Assembly (NCBI GenBank): GCA_028534125.1
Contig: CM052816.1
Span: 8,434,001 to 8,498,000 of the forward strand
Direction of reading: 5' to 3'
Source of the DNA: Lama glama
Taxonomy: Eukaryota
DNA length: 64,000 nucleotides
Both the position numbers and the translations under genes were made by a program. The notes under the pieces were generated by a model. The model searched no databases. It was not told the DNA's origin and worked only from the letters and a program-made list of their open reading frames with translations. Within the stretch, counting starts at the first letter, position 1, and the number at the start of each line of letters is the position of its first letter. Of this stretch, positions 13,431-27,429 are shown piece by piece.

Positions 13431-14750
13431 AAAACACATTCTTGACTCATTTAACGTATCACATGAATTAGATCCCGGTAGATGGAAATCATCAAAGGAG
13501 AGAGCTTTCGCAGTCTGGTTTACAGCAGTGAAACTTTGATTCTATTGAACATTAGGATTTTTAGTTTGACACTTTGTTTATTAAACTAAAAGAGGTTGAT
13601 ATTATCACTTCTTAGTCTGCTGTCTTCAGCAGGCCTTCTGTGGCTTCACCTTGACTCTCTAGTCCCTACAAACCCACTTGAGGATACAATTTTGTCCCAG
13701 TTGACCAATCCACTCTGTAAGCCAACCTTCTGAGACTAGGTATGTACCTCAGTTGTGCTGTCATGAGGATAAAAATGTGTACCTGACACAGACTAAGTGT
13801 TCCACAAATCCTGTCTGTTGTCATTACTACCCGTCCCTATTTGGAACTTCACCAGTACCATCCAGAAGCAGGGACCTGCCTTACCAGTCCTCTCTTCCAC
13901 TAACATATCCTGGGACTCAGTGTTTCAGAACCAACTAGCCCAGTCAGTAAAAACAACTCAAGGAGTCTTCTTTGTCCTATTCCTAAGATGAGCTCTTTCA
14001 TTAAAAAGGAAGGAAACTAAAACTTATCATTGCCTATTTATGTCAAGCACTGTTTCACCTCCTATCATTTAATCTTTCCAGCAAATCATAATGTGAAAAG
14101 ACAAATAGGTCTCCAAATTTGCAGACCTATTAACTGTTCATCCTACTGGGACCATAGTTACCTTTGAAGTAGAATGTGTTAGCATATTCCTGCCACCAGA
14201 GGGCAGAGGTGGACTACATAAAGGAGACAATTCAGCCAACTGAAGAAACCTGAGGAGCACCTTGTAATTTCCTGACATGGTAGAGGGGCGATGAGAAAAG
14301 AGAGAAGAGACATAGGATGTAGGACTTGTTCAAACAACTGCCTTAGAAATAACTGCCTCAGACCACCCAATCCACTCCATTATACACCTGTCCCTTCACC
14401 TTCCCGTAACCATGGGAAATGTAATTGACCCTAGGCAGATAATTGGCATGCTCTGCAAATAAGCCAGTGTTAGAGAAATAACTATCCATCAAATATATCC
14501 ATGCTTTCGATAATCATATAGTGGACCTTATAAAATACCCGTCGCTGGCCATAGAGGCTTTAAGGATGAATGAAGTTCATGGCCCTACCCTCAACGAGTC
14601 CAGTTAGCAGAGGAGACAGATGAGAGGGAAAAATAATACAATAGCAAATGCTATTTTAGAGAATATGCAGAGAATATACAGGAATATGGAGATGAAACCC
14701 AAAGGAGCCCCTGCATAAGTAAAAAGGAATTCAGTAAGAAGTGTTCAAAA

Positions 14751-15490
14751 GGGAGCCCTCCCACACTGCTGATGAGAATGTATTTTGATGCAGCCATTAT
14801 GGAAAACAGTATGGAGATGCCTCAAAAAACTAAAAGTAGACTTACCATATGATCCAGCATTCCCACTCCTGGGCATATATCCAGAGGGAACCTAATTCAA
14901 AAAGATACATATGCCCCAATGTTCATAGCAGCACTATATACAATAGCCAAGACACGGAAGCAACCTAAATGTCCATCGACAGATGACTGGATAAAGAAGC
15001 TGTGGTCTATCTATACAGTGGAATATTACTCAGTGATAAAAAAGAATAAAATAATGCCATTTGCAGCAACATGGATGGACCTGGAGATCAACATTCTAAG
15101 TGAAGTGAGCCAGAAAGAGAAAGAATACCATATGGTATCACTCATATGTGGAATCAAAAAAAAAAAAAAAAGAAAAAGGACACTTATGAACTCATCTACA
15201 AAACAGAAACAGACTCGCAGACACAGTAAACAATCTTAGAGTTACCAGGGAAAGGGGGTGGGAAGAGATAAATTTGGGAGTTTGAAATTTACAAATGTTA
15301 GCCACAGTACATAAAAATAGATTTTAAAAAGTTTCTGCTGTATAGCACAGGGAACTATGTTCAATATCTTGCAATAATCTTTAATAAGAATATGAAAGTG
15401 AATATATATATGTATATGTATGACTGGGACATTGTTCTGTACACCGGAAATCGACACGTTGTAACTGAAGGTACTTCAATTAAAAAAAGA
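14751..15490 (+). mobile_element. 5'-truncated LINE-1 (ORF2 C-terminus, 3' UTR, A tail)
   Basis: ORF 14919-15239 (MFIAALYTIAKTRKQPKCPSTDDWIKKLW...MPFAATWMDLE) is the L1 ORF2 C-terminus. Ends cttcaattaaaaaaa. Confidence 0.92.
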
Positions 15491-17127
15491 GAGAAATGTT
15501 GCCAAGAGCAAGGGATATTTAATATGAAGTATCTGGAAGAAGTAGGGAGTTGAGCATATGGGGATGGGAGCAACTTCTGGCAGAAGGAACAGCATATATA
15601 AAGCCCTGGGTGATAAACAATGGCCCATTTGGGAACAGCTAAGGTCAGAGGTAGACATGTGAAGAGGAAGATTTGTGGCAGGACAAGAGACTGGAGACGA
15701 AACAAGAACAAAGATTTTAAGGTCTTATTGGCTAAAGCATTAATTTTGAACTTAACCTGAAAACATCACAGAACCACTTACAAGTAGCAACAAATTCTTT
15801 TTTTTAAGAAAATAACTGATAACTAGGGTAGAGGCTTGGTTGTAGAGAAACAGATTAGGTAGCTGTAGAACAGTCCTGAAGAGAAATGATGCAAACTGAA
15901 GGCAAGATGGATTTGGAGTAGGAGTTGAAGAGGAATATCCTAGAATTCACCAGGTTTCTGACTTGAGTAGCTGGGTCATGCCATAACCAAGGCAAGGTAA
16001 TGGAGGAGTTTGGGGGTATATTGCATGCGAGGTGTCTCTGGGCATCCAGGCAGAATTGTCCTTAAAAGCTCTGGAGATTTATATAGAGATGGATATGCTG
16101 TTTGGTGTTCTAGAAAGGTCAGGCTGGAAATGATGTTTGGCTGCCATTGGTATACAGATAATAAGGCAGTTGAAGCTGTAGATGTGGATATAGTCATCTG
16201 GGGAAAGCTTTATAGTGTAAGGTATTCATGATATGGGGTCCATGACCAGCATTTCTTATCATCATGTGTATGTGTATACATGCACATGTGGCTATTTCTC
16301 CAAGAAGAGCCATACTTTCATCAGTCTCTATTGGATCTAAACTTTAAAAACTTAAGGGGAGAAGAAGCCAAGGACACGAGCACTGAAAGGACAGATGGGG
16401 TAGCAGAGTCCTCCAAGTCAGTTGGAGCTGATGCTAGACAATGAGCATGGGAGGCACTTCAGAAGCTCTGGATCTCAGATGCTGAATGCAGACAGGGTAG
16501 GTGCACAGGATGTAAGACTGCAAGGGCCCTTAGAAGACCACTGAGTCCAACTCCTCCACCCTGCGAGGTGGGTATGAGTTTTGGGGCAGAATGCCCAGGA
16601 TTACAGAAGTACTGCAAAAGACTGAAAACTGTCCTTAACCCTATACACCCACACTCCCACTTCTACAGAGTTGAGAAGTAGAAGGGGGAGGACATCCCAA
16701 AAGAGGCTCATGGCAGATACGGGGAAAGGGTGGTGGTGCAGATCATTTCTCACAAAAGGTTGTGCTCCAGTAGGAACTGCACTCCCATTTCTCTCACCTA
16801 GTCGGAATAAGGTATCAGCCTCAATTTGCTGATGGGAAAAAATGTGGCTCAAAATTCACTGCTCAAAATTCAATGTTAGGGCATTAGTAAAAACATGAGC
16901 CAGATTTGGATTTTGATTCCAACACAGTACGTAATGGGAATCATGCAAATGGGAACTGAAAGTGTCTTCAAGCAATCTAGACCTCTTCCCCTCTGGATGG
17001 AAAAACTGAATCCCCAAAGGGTTAACTGACTCAGGATCACAAAGCAAAAAGGAAAGAATTGGGTCTTTTTATACTTTATGGCTTTCTGTAAGGAGAGAGC
17101 CTTCCATCTTATTTATATTTACTTTTT

Positions 17128-17157
17128 TATATATATATACACACACACACATTTATA

Positions 17158-17198
<41 letters not shown>
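17128..17198. repeat. compound microsatellite (TA)n(CA)n-spacer-(TG)~19
   Basis: Read directly from the sequence. Confidence 0.95.
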
Positions 17199-17201
<3 letters not shown>

Positions 17202-17333
17202 AATTGATGACTAGCTCACCCTCCAAATGTAAAGATGTGGTATTTTAAAGCTCACTGGTGTTAGGTCATCTAAATATATATTTTAGTTAGAACCTCCCCT
17301 CCATGAACTTAAATAATTTAGACACAGTAATAT

Positions 17334-17355
17334 TTTATTAGAATAGCAATTTATT
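17334..17355 (-). terminator. SLC26A2: tandem AATAAA polyadenylation signals, probable distal 3' end of SLC26A2
   Basis: TTTATT at 17334-17339 and 17350-17355 on the plus strand, at the end of a long AT-rich, repeat-poor region downstream of the stop codon. Confidence 0.6.
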
Positions 17356-18557
17356 GGCAGAAAAATGACATGACACCTCTAGACCTCAACACATATAAGA
17401 CCTTATATAATAAACATCACAAACATATTCCTCCAGAAGAAAAGGATCTGCTATATTAATCAACTCCCTCTCTCCCGCAATAGGCTGTAATCCATCAATA
17501 ACTCATCCTCATCCCATAGAGGGTTAGGCATGATTTATATGGAATAACATCAAGGCACTTGCTTTAATTAAAAAAGATATATGTGGTATAAAACATATTC
17601 CTAAAAGTCATTAGCCTCGACTAATTGGGAAAAAAGGGCAGTATACTTTTTAGTTAACGGACAAGAATGAGAATTTAAGTTCATTCAACTACCACCCTGA
17701 ATTTGTCTTGATTTGCATATAAAATTGCAAAGGAGATTAAAAAAGTTAGTGTTTTATATAGATTGGTTTGCTCACACTAATTTTTGAGAAATCATGGCAG
17801 CACCAAGAACTCAAACAGTAATTTCCCAACTGATTTGAACTGAAAAGCAAGAGCAGTTTCATTCCATGGAACATTACTTTGAGGATGGACAATGGCAGTG
17901 GGGAAGGAGAACCTCCTTAAAGTTTCTTAGAACTGCAGTTAAAAATCCTTTCTGCCTAAGGCTGCCTGTCTGTTTGCCAAGTAAAAAAACCTTCAGTTAG
18001 AAAATTCTGTCATTGATATTTTACAGTAAGATTATAATTATTTGGCTGATTTCAGAGCCATAACTGAAGTCCAAGAAAGGTTATATAAGGTTCCAGTGTA
18101 GCTTTACAAACATGGTATATCCAGTAAAAGCACGTAGTGTCCTTCATTGTTCCAGTTTTAATTCAGTTTATCTCCTACGTTTAATTCAAGGTCTCCTAGT
18201 TAGCTTTACATCACTAAGAGAAAAATAAAATACACAAAAATCCACTACTTGGTATAATGTTTATTTAACTTCCCTAACTGTATTTAACATGTTTACTTTA
18301 AAATAAATTTTAAAAATATAGTTAGGGAAAAAAATTACCTTATAAAAATAGATCTCCCCCACTCCCACATCTAAATTCTCCATTTCTAAAGTTACTAACA
18401 TTAAAAAAAACCCAAAACCCTAAAATTGTATACTTACAGTATTGCAATAGTATTTTACTTTAATAATAGGCTATAACAGACTAGCTGTTATATTATTTTG
18501 GCCTACTTGAGTGTTATTAGCACTCCAATGAATGATTCCATTCATGATTATCTAAAA

Positions 18558-18580
18558 TACATATATATATATATACATAC

Positions 18581-18616
<36 letters not shown>
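18558..18616. repeat. (TA)n microsatellite with CA interruptions in the SLC26A2 3' UTR
   Basis: Read directly from the sequence. Confidence 0.95.
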
Positions 18617-18617
<1 letters not shown>

Positions 18618-21600
18618 AAAGCCTAATCAGTTCACAATATAAAAGCTTTCTAGATCCAATTTTTTCTTTTTGCAGTTTTTAAAGCCATTTCAAATAAGGC
18701 ACCACTAAAACAGATAAAATATTAAAAGAAAAAAAGACATTAAAGATAAAGAACAGAAAAATTAAGCAAAGTAATATCACTGTGCAATCATTCCTTGAAT
18801 AGACCAGGGCATCAATGCCTCCTTGTTTGCATCAGTTGTCTGCCTCCCACTCAGCCCTCAGCCCAGGCTAAGCTTTAACCAAGTGCCCCTGTGTATTACC
18901 TAGTAGAGTTACCACGGGTTTAGTACTACTGTCCCGGCACCTGGCCCTAGACTCCTGCATAGATCCTTAAGAAGTGTTAAGAGTTAATTGTCTACCTTGA
19001 TGCTATGGCTCACCTATAGCAATAGATAGCAGAAAATAATCCATTAAGAACATTAATAAGCATCACAGAGCTTGAATTCACCATTTATCATTGTAACTTC
19101 TAGGCTCAAATTTAACTTCCCAAGAAATTCATTATAGACTTTTTCTCACTTTTACATTAAGATCATGGCTAACACCCAATATATTCTTAAATGACAAATT
19201 ACTAACAGAATACCTCTGCAGATAACTACTATTCTTGTTAAAATGTGGTCATCAACATTAAAAGAGTCTAATGAACTCATCTAACACCAATGACACATAT
19301 TTAAAGATCACCATTTACCATACTGTAGATTTACCAACAAATTTTGGCTTCAATGTCTACTATCGTTTAAAAGCTAAGTCGGACTATCCAAACCTTGTTT
19401 TCCTTTGCTGCTTCTTAAAAAAAAAAAAGTCAACTAGACACCTGCCAGTTTTACCACCATCAGACTACAGGCACTCAATCTAGTGCTCTAGAGTACATCA
19501 ACCAAGGTACTTACCCCAACCTTAGCTACCAGGTGCCCCTCCCCTTCTAGGAACAATCCAGTCTGACCTTGCTCTCAAACTAAGGTGCGGCAGAAGTGTG
19601 GCTCTTTCTCCTGATCTCCTTATTGTTGTGTGGGGCTAACCAAGAATTGGATCCTATTCATCTGAGTCCCTTTCTTTCCTCCCTCGGTTGGTCAGATAGT
19701 CTTTTCAATGGTCTATTCCATTCACCTGTCTCTTGAATATTATCCTTAATCTCTCTGTGCACTGGCAAACTCCATCCCTCTGGTTGTAAGAGTTTTAACC
19801 ATCAATAGTATACACACTACATTTCAATTAAATGGACATTTTAATATATTCAGAATTTTGTACATCTGTCAATAAGCAATGAGAATATGCTTCATTTAGA
19901 TTCTACAATTTAGAGTAAGCAAGATATTTCCGTATCAATAAAATGTGTAAAATATCACTTAATGACTAAAGTCCAAGTCCTTGAGTAAGAAAGCAAATGA
20001 AAACATTAGTTTTGTTTGTGAATTAGGCTTTGGTTTCAGGTTTGACTCCTTTAAAAAATTAGCAGTCAAAAAAGCTGAACAATGTGTAAGTGCTGGTAGA
20101 CCTCAATCCAAGCAGAGAAGAAGGTGAGATATAAATTATAGTGATACCTTAAATGTTTTTACAAATGGCTTCTAAAAGCAGAATCTCTTATTTGTTTGTT
20201 TGTTTGTTTGTATAGGTGGGAGAAGAATAAACCAGCACACAATTCAAGAATTTGCTAATTGTATAAAGTTCCAGAACTATTTATACCCACATATGGACAG
20301 AAATGTCAGGTAAAGATCAAATCCTGTTACTTTGTTCTTCAAAGAGATTTTCCAAATTCTTTGGACTGACTTTTTTTTTTTTTTTTGCTGCACTTGTTTT
20401 TTCTAAATTAGTCATCGTGAACATGTACTCACTACTCCATCAATGGCATTAGATATCTATAATGGTATGGATTCAGACCTGGCTTGGGGGAAGGACGAGA
20501 GAGAGTAAAAACAAATGACAGACAAAGACACAGTAATTTTACCATTGCTAGTCATAAGACTAGATAGAAAATGCAAATATTGGCTAAAAATAAACAAAAA
20601 CCACACAAATACAAACAGTAGTTAACATTTCTGAGACTCTAGACTTAAGTCCTAAAAGGATGTCAAAATTCAGGACACTATTACATTTAATCATGTAATG
20701 ACCTCAAAGATAGAAATGCAGCTCCCAAGGAACAGCTTTGTTTTAATACGGAAAGGCATTTTCCATGTAAACTGATGGGCAGATTTCTACCAAAAGAAAA
20801 TCAACACTTGACAGTTTATGGAGCCAACAAGAAAGTTAAGTATGCCTAAAAGCATCCCATTCCAATAGATGTAAGGTTTGCTTCTCATAAATATTTAAAA
20901 TGTTCAGAAAGTAGGAGTAGGCTTAAAAAATGATTCAGCACTTTTGCAATTTTTATTTTGTTTTAAATGGTGTGGCTAAATGTTTCAATCTCACATAAAT
21001 TAGTCTCTTAGTCCTAACTTTGGAAAACTTACTTTTTTTCCCTCACCCATTAAGGTCCAGATACAGAACTATAAGCTTTCAATGTAGGACATGTTTTTCA
21101 AAAGGAACTATTCCTGTGCCACAATCTGTGACCAGCTCTCATACATAATACACCTGCAGAACTTGGGTTGTATGAATGTAATGCTTCCAAATCCTCTTGC
21201 ATAATAGTTTTAGGTGGCCCAAAGAGTTGAAATCTGTCACTGTCATCAATATTTATTGTACATCAAAAGGGTGCATGGCAGTAAGCATTAGCTTTGTTTT
21301 CACCAAAACATCTATAAATTAATTATTGATGTTTTTTTGGAAGTACTTTATCACTTCTGTGCACTCTTTTCTACTGGTTACATTTTCCTTGTAGAGTAAT
21401 GATGAACAGTGGCTTCTCAAATATGAGAAAGACTGTCAGTCCCCAGCCGACCCTTGCTAAAATGCCATGGGAAGGGGGAAAAAAAAATCACTGCTAAATA
21501 AACAAATTCTTAAGGGAAACTGTCAATCATTCCTTTTTGCAATCTGTCCCTAACAGTTTGCCTCAGGCTCATTTAAAATGCTATATAAAATTGCTGGCTC

Positions 21601-22030
21601 AGCTTTCTGCCTTGTATCTGGCAAACCTGACACTGGTTATCAGTTAGGACAGATTCTATGGGAAACACAGTAAATGACAAAGCTAAAACAGAGCTTAATG
21701 GTAGAGAAATGCTCAGAAACAGGGACAGATAGGGACCACAGAAGATAGGGAGGATTCTCATTATTTTTGCTGATTATAAAGAGTTCTTTTCTTACATACT
21801 TACCCTAAACAAAAAGACATGACTAAAACATCAAATGTATTACTAAAAGTGTTCTGTACAATGTGGGGCTGGCTGGTGAGATTTCACAAACCTGCTCAGC
21901 CATCAGACTCCTGTTAAGACTGTGCCCGAGAGGAATGGTGCTTTCCAATTAAAAGCCAGATGCTATGTTATACACCTGAAATTTTAGCCTGTTGGCTAGA
22001 CAGTATTCATCCTTCCACCTACTTTCTCAA

Positions 22031-23551
22031 TCAATCAGTGGAAAAATTCAGACCATTGGGAATATATGTTCCTTTCTGATTTTGAGATTCTTCGGCAAAA
22101 GTCATTGCTTCATATACACTATAAAAGAGAAGGTTTTCTTCTTCCTGTTTGCAATACTCTCCCCGGGCCAGGGAATCCCTCACGGAGGGATTGCACTGAG
22201 CCAGCAGAACCTGAATGCCAACAGCTCTGAAGTCTCTGCGCACCTCTTTCAGTGTGTTGATCCCTGCAGTGTCCAGAAACTGCACTGCACTGCAGTCAAT
22301 CACCACGGTGTGGAACTCTAAGGGGTCGTGGGAAAGCTGCACTGAAACTTCATCCTGGATTCTACTGAGAGTTGCTATTTCCTTTCTGATCTTTTTCTTT
22401 GCTGCCTTCTTCTGAGCTGCCTCCACTAAGACTGGGTTGAGAGTTTTTTTGTATAAAGCAGATTTAAAATATTCTTTGTTTATGTAGTAGAGAGGGGCTA
22501 CAAAGCGGAAAATCTTGATGCCCGGCTTAGTCCAAAGGTTCTTGTAGGCAGACGTGGATTCAAAGATTTCGGACTCTTTCACCAAGCCAAGCAATGAACT
22601 CTTTGGCTTCTGAGTGCGGAGGATGACACAAAACATAGAAAAACAAACCCCGACAAGCAGGCCTATTTCAGTACTTATCAGTGCAGAGGACAGCATAGTA
22701 ACAAACCAGATAACTGTATCCATTCTGCTAACCTTCCACATCTTGGGCAGATCCTTAAATTTACATAGGGCTCCTCGGAGATTTACAATCGTGATCACAC
22801 CAAGGACACTCTTCTGAAGGGAATAGAATAATGGAGCTATTACCAAGAGGACCAACAAAAGAACAAGAGCTGTCACCACACCAGAGATCTGAGTCTGGCA
22901 GCCTGTGGATTCTTTAACCAATGTCTTTGCAAGAGCTGCGCTAGTAGTAAAGCAGTGGAAGAAGGAAGGGATGATATTGCAAAAGCCAATGGCATACATT
23001 TCCTGATTAGCTTTGACTGCGTAGCCATGTTTCTTAGCAAACATCTCAGAAAGTGATACAGTGATAGCAAAACCAATAATAGAAATAGCTATTGCATCCA
23101 CAGCTACATTAGGAATTAAGTTCCAGTCTGGTGCTTTGGGTGGCAGAAACCCAGTGGGAATATGTCCAGCAATACTGGTGCTGTATTTCTCATTTAGTTT
23201 TCCAAAATGAGAGGCTAATGTGGCCGCCACCACGACAATGAGTTCAGTAGGAATCGGTGCCTTGAGCTTGGACTTGAAATGCTCGTTGAGTTCTTTGGTT
23301 GGCACAAGAACCAAAAGGCACAAAAGGCTGGTGATAAGATCACAGAGATTAGTCTTATGGATGTTTTTGAAGATATGTATCCAAGTAGTGATGAGTGAGC
23401 CCACGCCATTACTCCGAGGAAGGCTGAGCCCAAGGAGGTACTTGGCCTGAGATGTAAGAATAGTGAAGGAGGCACCAGTGACAAATCCACTCAGCAAGGC
23501 GTCTGAGAGGTAGACCGAAACAAAGCCCACTTGAAAGAAGCCCATCGCTAC
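22031..23551 (-). CDS. SLC26A2: Sulfate transporter (DTDST), coding exon 3: TM domain and STAS domain
   Basis: Acceptor cctttctttcAG at 23553-23552. Reads [29 protein letters not shown]...NQEMYAIG...[15 protein letters not shown]...NGLNFSTD*, 506 aa plus stop. The first 44 aa of the track ORF are intronic. Confidence 0.97.
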   Translation of the reverse strand, partial: VAMGFFQVGFVSVYLSDALLSGFVTGASFTILTSQAKYLLGLSLPRSNGVGSLITTWIHIFKNIHKTNLCDLITSLLCLLVLVPTKELNEHFKSKLKAPIPTELIVVVAATLASHFGKLNEKYSTSIAGHIPTGFLPPKAPDWNLIPNVAVDAIAISIIGFAITVSLSEMFAKKHGYAVKANQEMYAIGFCNIIPSFFHCFTTSAALAKTLVKESTGCQTQISGVVTALVLLLVLLVIAPLFYSLQKSVLGVITIVNLRGALCKFKDLPKMWKVSRMDTVIWFVTMLSSALISTEIGLLVGVCFSMFCVILRTQKPKSSLLGLVKESEIFESTSAYKNLWTKPGIKIFRFVAPLYYINKEYFKSALYKKTLNPVLVEAAQKKAAKKKIRKEIATLSRIQDEVSVQLSHDPLEFHTVVIDCSAVQFLDTAGINTLKEVRRDFRAVGIQVLLAQCNPSVRDSLARGEYCKQEEENLLFYSVYEAMTFAEESQNQKGTYIPNGLNFSTD

Positions 23552-24044
23552 CTGAAAGAAAGGATATACATGTGTTAAATATAAATGGAAAAAAGCCTCT
23601 AAATCCTGTATTCCCTTGGCATTTGTGTGGAGACATACCATCAGAGCATCACAGGATGTCAGAGCTAGAAAAAACACAATCATATATCAATCCTCTCATT
23701 TTACAAGGAGAGGGCTCATTTTACTGACACTTAGAAGGCTAAGCAACTTGCCCAGGGTCACACTATTACTCACTAGGCTGAGGCAACACAAGAACTTAGG
23801 ATTCCTACCTTCTTGTACAATGTTTCTTAAACTTGAATAAGGTTCAGACCACTTTGAAAAAAATTCTCAGGAATCCATGAGAACTCATAAAAACTTAAAT
23901 TGGAAAAGTTCTAATTAAAAAACCTTATATTTTCTTTAAATTACAAATCATTTCTGTGAATGACAAAAATTAAATTTTAACTGATAAAACAAAAAAATTA
24001 AATTCACATCAAAATAGAATCACACTTTTTAAATTATTATAGAA

Positions 24045-24128
24045 TAACTAAATTGCTTTGCTTTACACCTGAAACTAACATTGTAAACTGATTAATAAAA
24101 AAAAGAAAAAAATTTTTTTAATTTAAAA
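24045..24128 (+). mobile_element. ultra-short L1 3'-end insertion with perfect 14-bp TSD
   Basis: acacctgaaactaacattgtaaactg plus A-rich tail, flanked by aaattattatagaa at 24031-24044 and 24129-24142. Confidence 0.75.
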
Positions 24129-25112
24129 AAATTATTATAGAACTCTCTTTAACCTCAAATTGAGAAACTACTCTTATCCAATGTTATGCCATATTGCTTC
24201 CCATGTTAATTCTGCATCCTCAAAGATACATTTTATTTCTTTATCTTTTCCTCTTCCCAATAATTCCTCAGAATTCCATTGCACCCTTCCTCATTCTTGG
24301 TGAGGCATACTAACAAAAAAGCAAAAATGAACTCTGAGGAGCACAGCTCTTTCACACTCCAGCCTCTTCTCCCTCTCCTCCTCATCCAAACACCAAATGG
24401 AGTGAGCTACTCTTCCCCTTCCCATATTGGTTCCAAATGTCCGTAACAGAGAAGAGATTTAATGCTGGCAATGACTCCTGGATGCCAAAAGGCAGGAGCT
24501 TGATGATAATGGCAGATTAGTGGAGTCTATGGGGGACCCAAGAAGAATTTCATTCTAATCCTTTCTCCTGACTTATAGTATAAAATAGTGGTCCCCAACA
24601 GTCCAAGAAAACTACTACCTTTAGTGAGAGTCACCCACTAGAGCAGTAATTCTAAAAGGTGAGGGGGTCGCCTATAGTTTGAAAAACTCTTGCATTCCTC
24701 CTCTCCCCACCCTCATCATTACCCTCCTGCTTGTTAATGCTGACTCTACCAATAACCAACCACACATAGTTTCAGGCAAACCCAACAATTCTCGACATAT
24801 AAAATTAAGAAGTTGTACTATGTGGTCTGAGGCCCCTTTCTGGTTTAAATGTTTACAATCAAATAATTAAAATCTGGCTGACAGAGAGTCACTGGTTAAG
24901 AGGCAGGCTAGGGTCGAGAAAATAGAAGCAGTCTTGTCTTACCTGTGGAGTCAAACCAGGGTTTAAATTTTGGCTCTACCTCTCATATATCCTGAGCGTT
25001 CAATAAATGATAGCTTTAACTATTATGATCTCTAAGGTCCCTTACAGATCCGAGATTTCATATATAGTGATTTCTTAAGCCAGAGACAACCACTTACTCC
25101 ATTGTTTCTTAC

Positions 25113-25814
25113 CTGATAAACTCCAGCCATAAATGTTACAGTGCTGCCAACTGTAATTGCATAGCAACTTCTGTCACATATCCTGTCTGATTCCTGGTTT
25201 AATAATGTGCTCTCATTTGAAACCATTCCTGAAGAAGGAGGAATATGGGCAGTGTCATAGCCGGCTTTTAGTAGTTCTCGGTCAACTACTTCACCAATCA
25301 TAAGGCACAGTACTCCAAAAATGCCCACAGAGATGTGACGGGAGGTACCAAACAGGAAATAAATGATGCTGGCAAAAAAAGATGTGTACAGACCATAGAC
25401 AGGTTCTTGGCCAGCCAAGAGAGAATAAGCAATGGATTGGGGCACTAATAAGATGCCCACAATCAAGCCAGACATCACATCTCCTAAAATGTTTTTCTTC
25501 AGCTGGTATTTTGGAAGCCACCGCAGAACAGGAAGAAAATCAAAAATCATATTTTTGGCTTTGGTTGGACTGCACTGGCAACTTTTTTGTAGTTTTTTCA
25601 TGACAAACTGCTTGAAGTTAGTATTTGGTTTCTCTTGAGGCTCCAAATGGATCCTAGGATAAGGTATACATTGATCATTGGCCTCTTCCTTGAAGATAGT
25701 ACTTGATTCCTTTTCATCCTCCAGACGGATCCTAGATGGAGGACTGTACTGGTCGTCTCCTTCAAGGGAGTCCTTGAATGAAAGGTCATCTTGCCCTTTA
25801 CTTTCTGAAGACAT
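25113..25814 (-). CDS. SLC26A2: Sulfate transporter (DTDST), coding exon 2
   Basis: Exon starts at 25839 (AG at 25841-25840), ATG at 25814, donor CAG|GTAAGA after 25113. 234 codons with the SLC26 signature [24 protein letters not shown]...YGLYTSFF...[10 protein letters not shown]. Spliced product is 740 aa. Confidence 0.97.
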
Positions 25815-27429
25815 TTCTGGAGATAGATGCTTCAGCTTCCTACCCCAGAGAAAATACCAGGGTTAACCGATAAAGCTCACACATTTTAACAGTTCTACTT
25901 GTCATTCATGACAGTTAAGAGGAGTTCAGTTTTGGAGTAGGTATCTTATGTTTACTTTCCTTAGTTGAGCCTCATTTGTCCTGATCGAGGAAAAAAGAAC
26001 TAGACCATACACAACCAAGTCAAAGTAAGTAATTCACTGGGTACAGGACTTCCCAAAAGCATAAACCATCAATATTCTTCTCCATCTCTGCCTGGCTCCC
26101 CCTGCAGTTTTTCCCTCCAGAAACAGTATTAGGGTAGCCTGTCTCCTCCTTTCTATAAGTTATTAACTTTCTTCTTTTCAGGTTTTTCACTCCCAGGAAT
26201 ACTGCAAAACAGGATCTAGTCTCAAACCTTGACACCTACTTTACCTGTAAGTCCCTGAAACAAGGAAGATTTTTTGCGGGGGGGGGTCCCTTTTTAAATA
26301 ATTTACTAATTGTTGAAAACAGAAAGAAAATATGAGTGACAGAAAAGATAAAAGTTTTAGGAAATAACAAGAGACTAGGACAACAACAACAAAAAATAAG
26401 TCTTGTAATGAGCATAAAAGAGAAGGAAAAAGAAACAGGCCTTCAAAGGAACAGTCTGCCCAATACTTGAGCAAATTATTGCCTCTCTGTTAGCTGTTTG
26501 CTTAGCTTAGAATGACCATCCACTTCTCTGCCTATCAAGATCCTAGTCATTTTTAAAACCCAGTGAAAACACTGTCACTCCTACAAAGCACTGACCAAGT
26601 TCCCGTAGTACAAATGAATCTGTGTCCCATAGCACTTCACACCTCCATTACAGTACTAACCACACTTGTGTATTAGTTAAGGAAGAGTTTCTCCAGCTCC
26701 TGGAGGAAAGGACATCTTGTTCATCACTGTAATTATCATCAGCATACAGTAACTCTGAGATAGTAGGTTTATAAAATATTTGAACAAAGGAAAGAATAAA
26801 TGAATAAACAAATTTATGACTGTAGCCAGTAAGAGATAAAATATATTGGATAAAGGACTCAGGAAGTCTCCTGTTTCGGAATTGACAGGGGAAAAAAAAG
26901 GCCCTCGTGAAGTTCTATAAGCCTAATACTATCAAGATGCCATAATCCAGGACCCATGACCCATTTAAGAACAAAATATTTGTAAAAGTAATCCACATTA
27001 ATTTTGTTTAGGATGAAGGGGCTATAGTTGGTTATCCCGCTGAATAAGAGTAAAATAATAGTTAGTTTGATGGTCTTGTGAAGCAGTTAAGGAAGAAAAG
27101 AATAGATTTAGATAACCACTTACCCTGAGCAAGTCCGTCAGATTGGAGGATACACACAGCAGCTCTTCACTCCTCAATGCAACTGGTCTATAACTCTCTT
27201 CTCACTTCCTACTTGCAGGCCAAACTAGTTTGAGTGCATTCCTTATGACCTTCTATTTTGGAATAGTTCTTACTAATTTCTGGGTCAAAAGACTTTCCCA
27301 AACCTAAGATATCCAAAAGAGGCATAAGAAAAAACTAACACAATTCAGACGTTGCCCTATTTGGTGACTAACTGGGAAGGAAAAAGAGAACATCAAGCGC
27401 TGTGGGATGCATTAAATAACCTAGCTGAT

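Larger units (their letters stand above)
17320..22030 (-). other. SLC26A2: SLC26A2 long 3' UTR (about 4.7 kb, inferred)
   Basis: AT-rich and nearly free of interspersed repeats between the stop (22031) and the tandem poly(A) signals. SLC26A2 is known to have a long 3' UTR. Confidence 0.55.

Noticed and set aside
14919..15239. 106-aa ORF as a host gene
   Set aside because: It is the C-terminal remnant of L1 ORF2 in a 5'-truncated element.
23552..23683. N-terminal 44 aa of the 550-aa ORF as a separate protein start
   Set aside because: Intronic read-through upstream of the exon 3 acceptor. Likewise the last 26 aa of ORF 25032..25814 are intronic.
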